Source: Dimorphilus gyrociliatus
Taxonomy: Eukaryota; Animalia; Annelida
Direction: 5' to 3'
Assembly: GCA_904063045.1 (NCBI GenBank)
Contig: CAJFCJ010000009.1
Coordinates: 2,480,968 to 2,544,967, forward strand
DNA: 64,000 nt
Numbering within the stretch: the first letter of the stretch is position 1; every line of letters starts with the position of its first letter. The notes under the pieces are model-generated. The model saw nothing but the letters and a program-made list of their open reading frames with translations, had not been told where the DNA came from and made no database searches. A program made the position numbers and the translations under genes. Below, piece after piece: positions 27,701 through 41,232 of this stretch.

Positions 27701-30532
27701 TATTATTTTTTAGTTTCCTTCATTTTGTGTTTTTATTATCAAAATTTTCTTTTTTCTTTCAATATTATTATTTAGATTCGAAACAAGCAGAAGAGATGGT
27801 ACCAGTTAAAGGATAAGAAAGGGATGATAAGGGCTAAAGGAGGAATTCTTTTGGAATTCGATTTTGTCTTTAATCACGTAAGAGTTGTCAAAAAGTATAT
27901 TGAGAGAAAGAAATTAAAGATTGGCGGAAGTCTCTTACTCTTTAGAATTTTTTTTTCTTTATTTCAGTTATCTATTATATATACATTTTCTCTTTTTGTA
28001 TATCTATATTGTCTGTCTAGATGATCTGTGGAATTATTAATTTTTTACCTCTTTTAAGCTACTTATCATTTTTCACTTATTTTTTCATTTCTTTTAGTTT
28101 AAGGCAGCCATAAGAACGTTTAATCCAAGAGAAGATAAATATATGCAACCTGAACCGAAGTTCAAATTATCGGTTTTAAAAAGGAATATTGATAGAGTAT
28201 CGAAATTGGGCGAAGCTGCTGTAGAATCTGGAAAATTCATCCAGAGTTGCTTCAGTTGGGAATCAAGACTTCGCAGTGCTAGTGCTTTCGCTATCTTCCT
28301 TATTATTGTCTGGAATTTTGAATTATATATGTTACCAATAACACTCCTCATAGTCTTTTTAAAGAACCTACTTGTTGTCCACATAGTAGGCAATCTCATG
28401 AAGGACAAAGACGACGACGTGAGTAATTTATTGCATTCTCTTTAGAGAATTTACTTTCTAAAGAGGTTGTCTATTATTCTATTCTTTTTTTAAAAAAAAA
28501 ACATTTCAATTGATTACAAATAGGAATACGTAGACGAAGAAGACGATGAAGATGAAGATGACAAAGAAAAGGTAAGAGAACTAAAGGAAAATCTTTACGT
28601 AATATTAATTAATAAAGTATAATTTATATATATATATATATACATATAAATTTATAATATACTATATACATTATATATATACAGTATATTATTAATAATA
28701 CTAATACGTTTACTATATTAAAATTGTTTGCAATTTTCTCTTCCAATCCGCAAATAAAAACGCAAATTAACGTTACAGAAGGTAAAAAAATATAAATGGA
28801 AATGGGATAATTTCTTTTTCTTTGCAACTATTGAAATCTCTTATCTAAAGCATAGTGCGCTATATAACTTAAAAATTATTCTCTATATAATTTATATGTC
28901 TTTATTATGAAATCCTTTCAATATATATATATATAAATTTTATATATAGAGTATATACTGTATATAGAGTGTGTTGTACGTCTGTGGTCACTAAACGAAA
29001 GTAGATAAAAATAATTCATAGGCCTAGAATTATTATATTAATATTTTAATATTTATATTACAGAAGTAATTTTGTTAAAATTACAGAAATTATTCTCCTA
29101 TAAAGAGAATTTTATTAATAAAAAATGACATCAAGTGAATGATGGATACATCTAAAATTTTATATATAATATCTATAGTTTACCTATCACAATTGGTTAG
29201 TCTTATCAAATCTAATAATATTATCATTCTACCATCTCTGGTAGGATGCTAAGGACTATCTATCTGTATGTTCATATTTTACGAATGTTAATAATTTTCT
29301 TAGCCATTTATAATAGTTATGATGACCACTTTACGCAATATATCTGTATGTTTATATATATACATATATTCCCAAGGATAAGGATTAAGAGAATTCTACT
29401 GTATCTTATAATCATAGTAAAATATAGTATAGTTTGGATTTATTAATATACTTAAAATTAGTTATATTTATATTAGATCGTCTCTTTTGTTTAAATCTTT
29501 AATTGATACGTTTTTCTACCTAGAAATCTAAACCAAAGCAGGTAAAATGAGAGGAAAGCATGATTTATTTCTCTTCTTCTTCTCTTTCTAATTAAAAAAA
29601 TTTTCTATGGAAAATTAATTGCTATACGGGGTTTTGAATAAAAATCATTTTTAATTATTATTCTCTACCGGAAGTTGGAGAGTTTTTTTCTTTTTTTATG
29701 CTTTGACTTCAAAAAATGAATTAAAAAGTAATTTGAGAGAAGGGAACTGATGATGGTGATGATGATTATGAGGAGGAGGAGGAGTTAGATAGAATTTATA
29801 TCTTTATTCCATTTTATACATATATATATATATTAGCATATATACATTCATTATATTTGGATAAAGGAAAATCTACTATGAATTTAGAGTATTAAAAAGA
29901 ATATCTGTATATATTTAATAGGAAGAAAAGAAATCATTTAAAGATAAAATTCAACAAGTTCAAGAGATATGTTTGCAAGTGCAAGAGGGTATGGATATGG
30001 CCGCATCCATGGGAGAAAGAGTAAAGAAGTACGTTATTTAATACGAAGGCAAAACTGTTTGCTACAGTTTAGCTCTTTCGCGACTCCAACAAAAGATATA
30101 ATTAAATTTCCCCTCTCCTTTATCATTTCAAACAGTACGTTTAATTGGACTGTTCCTTGGTTATCTTGGTTGGCTATCGTTGTACTGACGATTGGTACTG
30201 CTGTACTTTACCTTGTGCCTGTAAGATACCTAATTATGGCCTGGGGTAAATAACAATAGCTAATCTTTTATATTTATTACACGTATCTGATAAACGTTCT
30301 ATCGAAATTCAGGAATCAATAAATTCACTAAGAAACTACGTGCTCCCAATGCAATACCAAATAATGAATTAATGGATTATCTATCGAGAGTGCCTTCCGA
30401 CAAAGAATTGGTATATTAATATAAATATTTCATTAATTGTCTATACTTTATTTGTTTATTTTCCAATAGATAATGTACAGAGAACTTCGCCCTGATCCTT
30501 CGATTGGCACTTTGAAGAAGAAGAAAGCATAA
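20110..30532 (+). CDS. MCTP: Multiple C2 and transmembrane domain protein, multi-isoform
   Basis: Three C2 domains (C2A 23383-23973; C2B from 26002, [24 protein letters not shown]; C2[25 protein letters not shown]). PRT-C/transmembrane region [32 protein letters not shown]. Stop TAA at 30530-30532. Confidence 0.95.
20829..21161 (+). CDS. MCTP: MCTP alternative first coding exon 1b
   Basis: 111 codons, GC-rich coding-like composition, ending CAG|gtaata, phase 0, in frame with 23383. Confidence 0.65.
25387..25545 (+). CDS. MCTP: MCTP alternative internal first exon 1c
   Basis: 53 codons ending AAG|gtttcg, phase 0, in frame with the exon at 26002. CpG-rich promoter-like DNA at 25140-25310. Confidence 0.55.
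27254..27355 (+). CDS. MCTP: MCTP mutually exclusive exon A (C2C domain)
   Basis: cag|102 nt|gtaag; [34 protein letters not shown]. Confidence 0.85.
27776..27877 (+). CDS. MCTP: MCTP mutually exclusive exon B (C2C domain)
   Basis: tag|102 nt|gtaag; [34 protein letters not shown]. Confidence 0.85.
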
Positions 30533-30978
30533 AATGTAAAAGAAGGAAATTGCAAGATAAAAAATGATGATGAAAGAGAAAAATTATAAGAATAAGAAGA
30601 TAGATAGGTTGAATTAGAAAGTTGAAGATTTCTTCTAAAAAAAAGCATCCTCCTCTATCTTTTTTCCTTTAATATTACTATTAAAATATTGTATAAAACT
30701 TTTAACACTTTTAATATTCTATAACAATAACCTTTTATGACCTTAGTTAATGGGTCAAAGAAATTTTTACTTGGTCCGGTAGTGCACAAAATCTATTCTA
30801 AACATATTAATCTTAATTATATTATAAAGGAAAAATAAGAAAATAGTAAATGAGATTAATTTAACTTTCTTTTTTTTAATTACTGTGCCATGTTTTCGAT
30901 TGTTTTGACTTTTAAATTGGAAAAAGGAGCAAATCATTCTCTTGCTTTTTTTTCAAAGATCTGCAGACGAATAGTTTA

Positions 30979-31011
30979 TGTGTGTGTCTGTGTGTGTGTG
31001 TGTGTGTGTGT
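30979..31011. repeat. (GT)n microsatellite
   Basis: Direct read of a TG/GT dinucleotide run with one interruption. Confidence 0.9.
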
Positions 31012-31746
31012 AAGTGTGTATGTATGTGTGTATGTATCTGCTATATATATAGTATACAAGTATACTTATGTATATACATTGTATATTCTGTATATCCTTG
31101 TATACGTCATAATGGGGCTCAGTCGTGCAGATTAAAATACTATGGCTATTTCGTTTAATGTTTCATTATAAACTATGCAATGAGAACATTACAGTGCGTT
31201 ATAGTTTGTATATGAGAAAAGAAAAAAAATATGTTAATCTTTAAAAAATATATATAAATAACTTAAATGTATATACACCATTACTTATTTTTAAAATACA
31301 TGCAGATATCTTATTTTATAATCATTCTAAATATAAAATAATAATTGCAAATAGGCCTAAATTTTTTATTTTTTTTCTGTGTTATTCCTCCTCATTTTTC
31401 TAACAAAACTATATAGGAAAAAAACCACATTGTCGCCCTTGGCGGGTTGAAATAAAAATAAGATAAAAAAGAATTCCCAATAGAATAATGATGCATCAAT
31501 ATAAAATATATTGTGACCTAAATTCCATATTAATATTAATTATATATTCATACATGTTCCGATTATATATATATATAATAAACTATACACGCTGATAGAT
31601 TTATATATTTAATACATTGTTAGTAAACATTAATGATATCAACATGATTAAATATTTAGTATAGAAAATGGTCTATACAGTTTAATTAGTCATATAAATG
31701 TTCAAAAAAAAGGTAGGTAAGTAACTTTATCATAGAAGATTTATTT

Positions 31747-31750
<4 letters not shown>

Positions 31751-31798
<48 letters not shown>
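31751..31798. repeat. (TC)24 microsatellite
   Basis: Perfect TC run. Further (TA)n and (AG)n runs occur at about 5074, 14969, 19657, 19916, 24340 and 24675. Confidence 0.95.
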
Positions 31799-31801
<3 letters not shown>

Positions 31802-33825
31802 TTCTCTTCCTTTATATCAAAACGCTTCAAACTAATTAATCAATATTTAATCAAGTTGAAAAATAAAGAGAAGAAAATTAAATCTGCAAAAATAAATATA
31901 TTTTCATTAAAAACAAAAGTTCAATCATTCGAAAACAAGTCTTTGAGAGTTGTGTTTTTAAATATTTGTTACTTAATATTACTATAGTTACTATTAACTA
32001 TCTATTTTTATTTAGTAATAATCGAGATTAACATTGCCAATGTGGACAGTATTAACAGCTAATCTCAATATTTGTACATGTAAATTTATTTATTTTATAA
32101 GCCAAACAGTAGAAATAGATTAACTATTAAGCATTGAACAAGATTATCTTGCGTAATCTAAAACCTACTATGAATTTTTATACCATTTCATGAATATAAA
32201 TATATATATAGTTATTGATTAAGCAGTACTAGTAATTTATTAGAATAAAAATAACGGACACTTTTTTATAGCACAAAGAGTTTGAACAAGGAAAATAACA
32301 ATACTTTAATTACTCCTATCATATTGAATTTATTGTAAAACATTAATAGATTTCTCCAAATGTCGAACTATCTTTAATGCAAAATATCTATCTAGTTCAT
32401 TAAATCTTCAAAGTATCGATAGATAAAGTTCCTGTGTCCTTAATATTTTAATGTTAGCTTGTTTGGATAGCAGAGTGAATGCTTGTTTATTTGATTTTTT
32501 TTATTTTTATTTTGTGCTTCATAATTGTATATTTTCATTATTAATGAAGTTAACAGCATCATTCGCATTGTAAATTTAGCAAAGATATTGGTATAGAGTA
32601 AATATTGAAAGTTATTTATTGTTAATGAAATACACTCTATCAATAGATATGTACTCTAATAGAACTGAAGATTATGAATTGAATAAAAACACAATAAAAA
32701 GAAATTATAGAATTAAAATCCCGCTAAAAGAAAGAAGAAAAAAAAAGGTACATGTACACATAAGAAGACGTCAAATACGTATTATAGTAAATATGGGACG
32801 TCTACATACATATACATATGTATATATATATATATAGATATACACACACGTTTTTAGATGATTATTGCAGGTGCAAGGGAAATATCATGTAATAAGATAA
32901 AATAATTTCAATTTCAAGGATTATTTCTTTATTGTTTTGTTAATAGTTCTAACGACGTTTTTTGGTTGGAGGACCTGATTCACCATTTGTTCTGTATAGG
33001 AAATAAAAGAATAAATATGCTTATATACAGTATATGTAAATTTGCAGCGTTTATATCTATCTCATATAATAATTAAAGCAATCATGCGAAAACCTAGTTT
33101 GAAGTAATTAAATAATTAGTATGTTAATTATCTTCCTCAAGTCAATTAATTCGTTAAGGGATTTTTTAATTATAAATTATTAAATACATGACGAAATAAA
33201 AGACTTCAAATACTAACGCTCTTTTATAAATACACTTTTGTATAGTAAATAAATACAGTATAAATATACTGTATATTGCATTTTTAGCATATAATATAGT
33301 ATAATATCAATAGATGTTAGTAATTATGTTATTGATATCTTTTTTAAATACAATTCTTCAGTATATAGATTTTTAAAGATTTCATCGCAGAACGTGCTTT
33401 TATAAAATGATACTTAAGCTTGATGCTTGATATTTATGCGAAAATAAGAAAAACTATCAATACCTTCAAAACAAATTAGGAATTTTTTTTACATGTCATA
33501 TTCTATAACTATTTACTTTTGTGATGAAAAACTGTAAAGAGGGTTATAAAATAATTGTAAGACAAATTGCTATGTTTAAACCCTCTTTCATTAGTTTATT
33601 TTTAACTAAATTGTTTTTTTATAATTGAATTATAGAGAATCTTAAATCATAAAAAGTCATTCGGTAATAGAAAAAGAGAGTAAGAAGAAAGACTTTAATT
33701 ATGTTTACTTGTTGTTTTTCTTAATTAAAATCACTTATTTTAGATTTTTAATTAATGAAATAGAAACGTATGAAAATTGATGATTTTAGAGTATGAAAAC
33801 GTTTGATAACAATACAAATTGTTAC

Positions 33826-36588
33826 TTACTCGTCTCTCCAGTTTGGATTAAATTTCTTTTCAATTCCTTGCCAACATTTGTAATATTCATCGTCAACCTT
33901 TTCGCATATTTTAGCACCCCAATCAGTTATTGCCATACTCAAACTCGATTCAAACATAAATGACATTGTACCATCGGCTACTCTCACCGGTTTTAGATCT
34001 TCAGTGGAAGCCTTATTAAAGCACTCAGAATCGGGTCCATGTGGAGTCATCATGCTGTGCAAACTAGCACCACCTGGTAAAAATCCACCTTCTTTGGCCT
34101 CATATTTTCCCAATATCAATCCCATAAATTCACTCATGCAGTTCCTAAAAAGAAAAATATATTGAATGTACCAGACTCCATGCAGTTATAGAAAATTGGT
34201 ATTAGGATTATTAATTCATACCTGTGGTAGTAAGGTGGTCTAAAGGTGTGATCTGCAACTCCCCAACGAGGAGGGAATATGACAAAATCAGCAATAGCAA
34301 CGCCAGGTTTAACACTTTGACAAGTTAAAACAGTAAATATGGAAGGGTCAGCATGATCAAAGGCCACACTATTAATTACCATAAATTTGGACAAGTCGTA
34401 CTTATACGGCGCATAATTACCTTGTTTAGGAAAAAAGACAAATCAATGAAAGAATATATAAACAACTCTAGAATAGATACTATACCATGCCAGGCGACCA
34501 CATCGAAGGGACTGTGATCCTGCAGGGCCTCAAAAAAAGCTCCTTGATATTTACTAATGACCTAAAATCGTTAAGAAAACATTAACAGTCTTATTCAAGT
34601 AATACAAAATCTCATTTTCAAGATCATTTAACTCACTTTATATCCATTAATATCCAAATCTTCATAACAAGCCGTTGGATATTCAAAATCCCTGGGATTA
34701 GCTAACCCATTTGCACCTTATTTAATAAAAAACAAAGCATTACACTACTATATTTACTGTTTTGTCGGTTAGACATCTATTTTTATTTTTCGTTCGTATT
34801 AATTTATTTATTTACCAATTGGGCCTAAGCTTGGTAGTTCAAAGTGAGCGTCAAATACTTCAAGTATGTAACCTCTTGTATTTCCACTAACACTTACGTT
34901 AAATCTAATTCCCATCTGTGTAAAATATAACGATTTAGTAAATATATAGGATTTTTCATTTCTAAATTAGAACCAACTGGAATAACGCAAATTTCATTTG
35001 GATTAACAACGATTTTTCCCATTTCTGTTTTAATATATAAAGATCCTTCTTGCGGAACTGTAAAATAGGGAATATTTTATGTTTATAACTTATTTAATCC
35101 ATTATAAAATAGTTAATTATTTAGTAGATTTCTCACAAAAATGTTAAAGAATATTTATGCGATTATTATTGGATAAAGTTATAATTTACATGTTTATTTA
35201 TCATATCTAATTTTGCTTTGTTTCGATATACTAAATTATATCATGAAGTAGAATCTATACAATTTATACAATCTACAGATGGCGTTAGCTGCTTATTGAC
35301 TATAATTCTTTTTTAGTACAAGTTTACGAAATAAGTTTTGTTCTATTTACCTATTAAAAAGTCTCCGTCAGAATTATAGAAGGCTCTGAAAAGATTCTAT
35401 GGTAATTTTTGTATTTCTATTGATTATTTATAAAATTCTTACTTGTTCGTCATAGAGATATTGCAAGAATACACGTGAATAGCTATTCCATGTCTCGATT
35501 TTGGGTCTCCTGCTCCACAAATAGTTGCTAAACCGTTAACAAAGTCGATCTCCTCTCCCTTCTTGGGGAAATCAAACGGTTTCCAACGTGTCTGAAATAA
35601 GAATTGATCTTATTTTGAGAAGATAATGCATCATGAAACTATTAAGAGACTTTAACTGAATATCTAATTTCATTACTTATCTTTCTACCATCTAATACTA
35701 TATGAGATTCGAATACAGAATCAATTCGATTAGGTTGATTGAATATTCTATTAAATTATTTGAAGGAACATGTTTTTTACCTGAGCAGGATCGGGTACAG
35801 TACTCGAAAAGTCGTTGGACATATTTCCCTGGTCAATTCTACTAAAGGGCTTGTGGCAAACAGCAGGTCTAATTCTGTAAAACCACGTCCTGACATTATA
35901 GCTTCTTGGGGCGGTAAAAGCAGACCCAGATAATTGTTCGGCATAGAGACCGTAAGGACATATTTGAGGATTATTCTGAAAAAGAAACAAAAGTAAATCT
36001 TCTTGGTATTGACAGTATTTATAAATGTTAAACATTGAATTGATATCAAAATAAAAACAGAAGGCTATTTTTTATATACAGATGCTGCCAGTCGACTTGA
36101 ACCTAACCAATCAATACAACTTTATCAGAAATTATGGATCAAGGTCACCTTTGCATAGCCATACGAGAACGTACCATACCGGCAACACAATGAAATGTGT
36201 ACGTGCCGTTCGTACATGCTAAATGAAGGACACCTGATCTATTAACAACCTTTTTTTATCCCAATTATCAGTCTGATCTTGAATATATTTTTCAAAAGAG
36301 TAAAAATACAAACTTGTCCTTTAGGAAGAGATTCGGGGCATCTTGGATCTTCACTAGCAAATTCTCCACCAAATCCGGTGTTATACTGAAACAATATATT
36401 TGTGTTTTTTTAATATTTTAATTTTAAAACAGTATTTGATAATGAATATAATCTGATGTTTTCAACATCTGCAGCACTTCTCCAGTTAATTGTATTCTCT
36501 TAAATATTTGTTATTACAAAGTGATGTAATACGAAAGAAAATCATTGAAAAATTGTACCTTGAGATTTGAAAATTCTTTCAACGACAT
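33826..36588 (-). CDS. HGD: Homogentisate 1,2-dioxygenase
   Basis: [10 protein letters not shown]|[24 protein letters not shown]|[50 protein letters not shown] and the iron-binding [15 protein letters not shown]. Confidence 0.97.
36137..36239. ncRNA. Candidate structured intronic RNA (long imperfect hairpin)
   Basis: Nested complementary segments GATCA/TGATC, GGT/ACC, CCTT/AAGG, GCAT/ATGC, TACG..AACG/CGTTCGTA, CGGCA/TGCCG, ACACA/TGTGT inside a ~338-nt HGD intron. No family recognised. Confidence 0.3.
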
Positions 36589-37091
36589 TCTCTTGTACAA
36601 TCAAACCTATTTCGGGATGAAAATAGATCGAATTTTTACGCGTGCAAACGGAAGCAAGTGGAACACTCTAAACGCTGCAAGGGTCTTGTTACGACTGACT
36701 TTGCCTTTGTTTTTTTTTCACTATGTATAAAATCAACTGTAAAATTAAGCACATCATGTGATTTTTGTAATCATATATTATTTAAATTTATCTTTTTAGT
36801 AAATTAACAGTAAAATTTACCAAATTTTTTACTTTATTACGAACTTTTGTCAATATTGTTCCAATTGTTGTAAAATTTAGCAATACTCCAGCAGACGACA
36901 TAGACGGGCTCGTTATCGAAAAACCTTAGAGAATCTGACAAAATGTGCAGGAATAACACACCTCACATTTAACTGTGTGATTGCGGTGTTTTTGAAAATA
37001 CTTAAACAGTTTTAAGGTTTTGGCCATAGATAGGCATTGTTTTTTATTTTTAATCTTTTAAGCTTATTTTTAAACGAGGGATTCAAATAAA

Positions 37092-39582
37092 ATGAGTGAA
37101 AACGGCATATCATCAGATATTTCTGAATCAATAGCTGGGTTGCAATCAAATGGGTCGTATGATGATATTTCAAAGCTTCGTCAACAAATAGCTTTACTTG
37201 ATGAAAAGTTAAAAGACAAAAATGAACAATTAGACAAAGCTGGGAAAGTCGGCTTAGAGGTTTGAAAATAATATTACAAATAAATGACAGAAATATAAGT
37301 ATATGTTTACTATTAATTAACAGCTTCTTTCTAGTAATAATAGTCTTCAAAAAACTCTAGAGGATGAATCAACAAGATTTACATCAGAAATTGAGGTTTT
37401 GATATCAAAATATACGTTCTATAGACTTTCTGTCGGCAGCTGAATATATCTTCCCTTTCAGAAACTTTCTCAAGAAAAATTTTCTCTCCAACAATCATTA
37501 GAATGTAGTAAAAGAACTAAAAAGGAATTGGAAACTGAGGTTGAGTCTCTACAAGATCGATTATCATCAAAAGATGTATGTTTTATTTAGCTTTACATAT
37601 ATAATGAGAAAGAGAACTTAATCACATCTGCCTTTATATGTCTATGAAAATAGGAAGAGTTTGCTAACGACTTCGATGATCTGAAGAGAAAACACGCCAT
37701 GGAAATGAATAAAAAGGTTTCATCGTTAGAGAATGAAATTAATGAAGCTGAAAAGAAAAATTCTATACAAACTGAGCAAATAAAAGACTTAAAAAGTACA
37801 TAATCAACTACTTTATATTCTTTTGAAAATAATTAGCATCTGATTGACTAGATCAAGTTAAAGAGTTAACCTTGGAACTACAAGAAAGACGATCTTCGCC
37901 TGTTGGTCGTCTTCAAACCTCTGTTTTAATGGAACAAAACTCAAAACTGAAAGAAGATCTTGTCAGTTTATATTTAAATCGTTTAGATTAAGATAAATAT
38001 TTAATTTTCTCTTTTTCCTTTTTAGTTAATGCAAAATAATCGAATTCACGAATTGGAAAGAAATAAAATGAAAATTGAAGAAGAGCTAAAAGAGGCTATA
38101 CGAAAAGTATCCCGACTGCAAACTGACTTAGGAGATTCTCAGAACGAGACTCTATCGTATAGTCAATACTTGGAGGTAACAGAGAGAGGAATTAGACAGC
38201 TAAATTTACTTTATTTTATTCTCTTCTTTAATTTTAGAAAAGCAGATTAGAGGTTAAAGAACTACGAAGCGAAATGGATGACATAAAACTGCAATATGAC
38301 AAACATAACAAAAAGGGAAATTCTTTATTTGCTGAGGTAAAGTCTCTTTTGTTATTGTAAACATAAAAATACGTATTAATCATTTTTCTATGCTAAAATG
38401 AAGGTTGAAGATAGAAGAATTCAAGCCGAAAAAGAACTACTACAGTTTCGCGTGAAATATGAAAATTTAGCTCGATCTCATAAAATAACATCGGAAACTC
38501 TTGAAAAATTCAAAATGCAACTATCGAATGTTTTGACATTAAATAGCGGAGTAAAGAATTTAGATAAGGAGAGAATGAGAAAATTAGAAAATGAATTGCA
38601 CGAAGCTCATTCGGAAATAACCTCACTGGCACATCAATTAGAGATTACTAACGTAAAATTAGCTGAATCAAAGTCACCTTTTGACGGATTTTCAATGTCA
38701 GGTGCTATAAAGGAAGGAGAATTGAATTTATTGGATTTTACTGAATACTTGAAAAGTTTGATTGAAACAAAAGAGTATGATAACTTTCTTTTCGCTCATT
38801 AAATCATCTTGATCATTAATTTCTTTTTATTTTTCAAGAAAAGAGAAGAAAGAGGTAGAAAAAAAATTGGCTCAGGAAAGAACATTTCGTTTAGCTACGT
38901 CGGATGAATTAGTTCAGACTCAACGTCGATTGTACGAAGCGAAGAGTCATTGCGAAAAATACAAAGGAATGTATTTTGAATTAAGCGTTGAATTGAGGAC
39001 CATCCGGCTTAAGTACGAACCAGGTAAATTAATTAGAAAAAATAATTAATAAGACCTCTTGATTAATTCGTATCCTCTACTAGAAAAAGTGGTTCAAGAG
39101 AGAGAAGAAAAAGAAAAAAGAGAGCAATACTTTGAAGAGAAATTATCGGACGATGAAATATTTGAAGAGCCGAATAATAAAGAAAACAAAGACAAAATTC
39201 GCCCAAAAGAAATAGTAAAGAAACCTGAACCTGAAGTTGAAAATCCAGTTTTAAAAGAAAGAAAAAAAGTTGTTTCCGTTTCGGACAAAGTTCAAGTAAG
39301 AGTCACCTAAAATTTTAACATACCCAATTAAGGATGATAATAAGCTTGTAGTAATTGATTCTAGAGTTTATTTTTGCCAATTTTCTAAATATACAGGTGC
39401 ATAATTACACTCCTGAGCAATCGTTCTCAAGACTGTCGGAAGGAGGAGATGATGAGGAAGAAAGAGTAACTGAAGAGAAAGAAGAGACCTCAAAAAGAAA
39501 AGGTAGAAAGCAATATAAAAAAGTAGTAGATGTAGCAAATTTGTCGTCCACTAGAGAAAATCCAGAATGTAAGACCCAATAA
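37092..39582 (+). CDS. SPDL1: Spindly (kinetochore dynein adaptor)
   Basis: CC1 box KAGKVGLELL, long coiled coil, Spindly motif KGNSLFAE|VEDRR and a C-terminal CAAX-type farnesylation motif CKTQ*. Confidence 0.92.
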
Positions 39583-39822
39583 GTTACGTTAATAGACGAA
39601 AAATATGTAAATAAGTACTTTGAAAGTTTCTCAATAGTTCAATATTAATCAATAATCGCTGTTCAAATCGGTCAGGCAATTTAAGCCTATTGATCCAGCT
39701 GAAAAACGCCTCAGTCTAGCTTTTAACGCCGCAGCGTTTGCATTATCATTATAATATATATGACGGAGGATTGGCGTGCGTGCCTATATTATTGATTCCG
39801 CCTATCGTATTGCTAACTTGAG

Positions 39823-40862
39823 ATGAGCGCGGCAAAGGATACTGTTTCCTTAATATCGGAATCTCAAGGAGCTGGAGGACGTCGACCCAGTCGATGGCCA
39901 TCCGTAAGTAGAACTTTGGACCTTATTCCGAATGATCAAAGGCGGGCGAGTTTGGCAAGAAAAGAGTCTCTTAATATACCCGGTAAAGTAGAATCCGGAA
40001 CAGATCAGGCGGGAAGGGATAGTCCGAATCAAAGGGGCTCCATAGGCTCAAGAAGAGAAAGTAACCGATCTAATGAATCAAGAGTAAGCGCAATTGACTT
40101 TTCAAAGTTGGAGAATAACGGAACGAAGAAAGAAGACGAAGATAAGGGGAAAACAGTAACGAATACTGATTCATTCATAAGAACAGCAATACCTTATTTA
40201 CCTCCTTCCGTTGCTGTTTTGTGTCTAATCCTCAACATCGTAGTCCCAGGAACAGGTTGGTTGAAAGATTTTTCATTTTTTCATTTTTGCTATACTTATA
40301 TAAATAATATAAATAAGAACTGACATATTTTTTATATGACGTTATCCTATTTAATTAATAAGGATATTTTGATATCTTTCAACAACTTTTGCTTATCTTA
40401 AGTATTCTTAGGAACAATTTTGAGCGGACTGTGTTTGTTGTGCTGCGGAAAATCAAGATTGGCAAGTAAAGACGACGCAGTTATGACAGTTTTATGCGTA
40501 AATATATGTATTGGAATATCACAGTTGTTTACAGTAACCTTTCTTCTGGTTGGATGGTTCTGGAGTTTAACTTGGGGTATTTACATGGTAATTTTAGCTG
40601 GTAAGTAATATCTTGGGAAAAGGTATTGTCATCTTGTCAATATTTCAATATTATTTTTTTTAAACAAAAGAATTGTCGCAATTATCACCAAGAATCGACT
40701 TTATAAATGAGCCTACTTCAGATTTTCATGAATTAATTAACATTCTCTTTCTCTTTAGCTGAATATCGTAAAGAACAAAAGATGAAAAGAGAAAAACAAT
40801 TACAAGCTATGGCACTAACAGCTTTCGGTTCCCCTATTCGACCTTGGTCTTTAAGGACATAA
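39823..40862 (+). CDS. stum: stum (stumble) family membrane protein, 3 exons
   Basis: AIPYLPPSVAVLCLILNIVVPGTG|TILSGLCLLCCG..NICIGISQLFTVTFLLVGWFWSLTWG. Confidence 0.85.
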
Positions 40863-41232
40863 ATAAATAATTAACTTACTTTTTTTATATCACTTGAATT
40901 TTCCTGTTTTTTCCTATTGCTTACCTAGATTTTAGATAAAGTGTTTGAATAAAAAAAAGAAAATCAATTCTATATTCTTTTAATACAAAGACCCTATTAA
41001 ATTGTATAGCAGTTATAAATATCTTGGAATATCAAATGTCTTGAACTCGTTAACATTTCTAAACAAATAGAATACGCGAGCAACTAGACTATTTGATTAT
41101 ACTTTTGTTTTGAAAGTGGCGCCTAGTAGAAACTGGTATATAACTGACAATTTTTCGAAAACATGGAATAAGAAGTCGAGTTGTGTTACAGATGAGACTT
41201 GCCATAGCTGCACGAGTAATTTATTAGAAAAT

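Noticed and set aside
29745-29795. GAT/GAG run encoding [14 protein letters not shown] inside the MCTP intron, as a possible extra acidic exon
   Set aside because: It has no pyrimidine-rich acceptor and no phase-0 donor, so it is most likely low-complexity intron sequence.
36085-36110. tRNA-like T-loop (GGTTCAAGTC) on the minus strand
   Set aside because: The flanking bases do not form a 5-bp T stem and no cloverleaf can be built, so it is not a tRNA. It is noted only as a B-box match.
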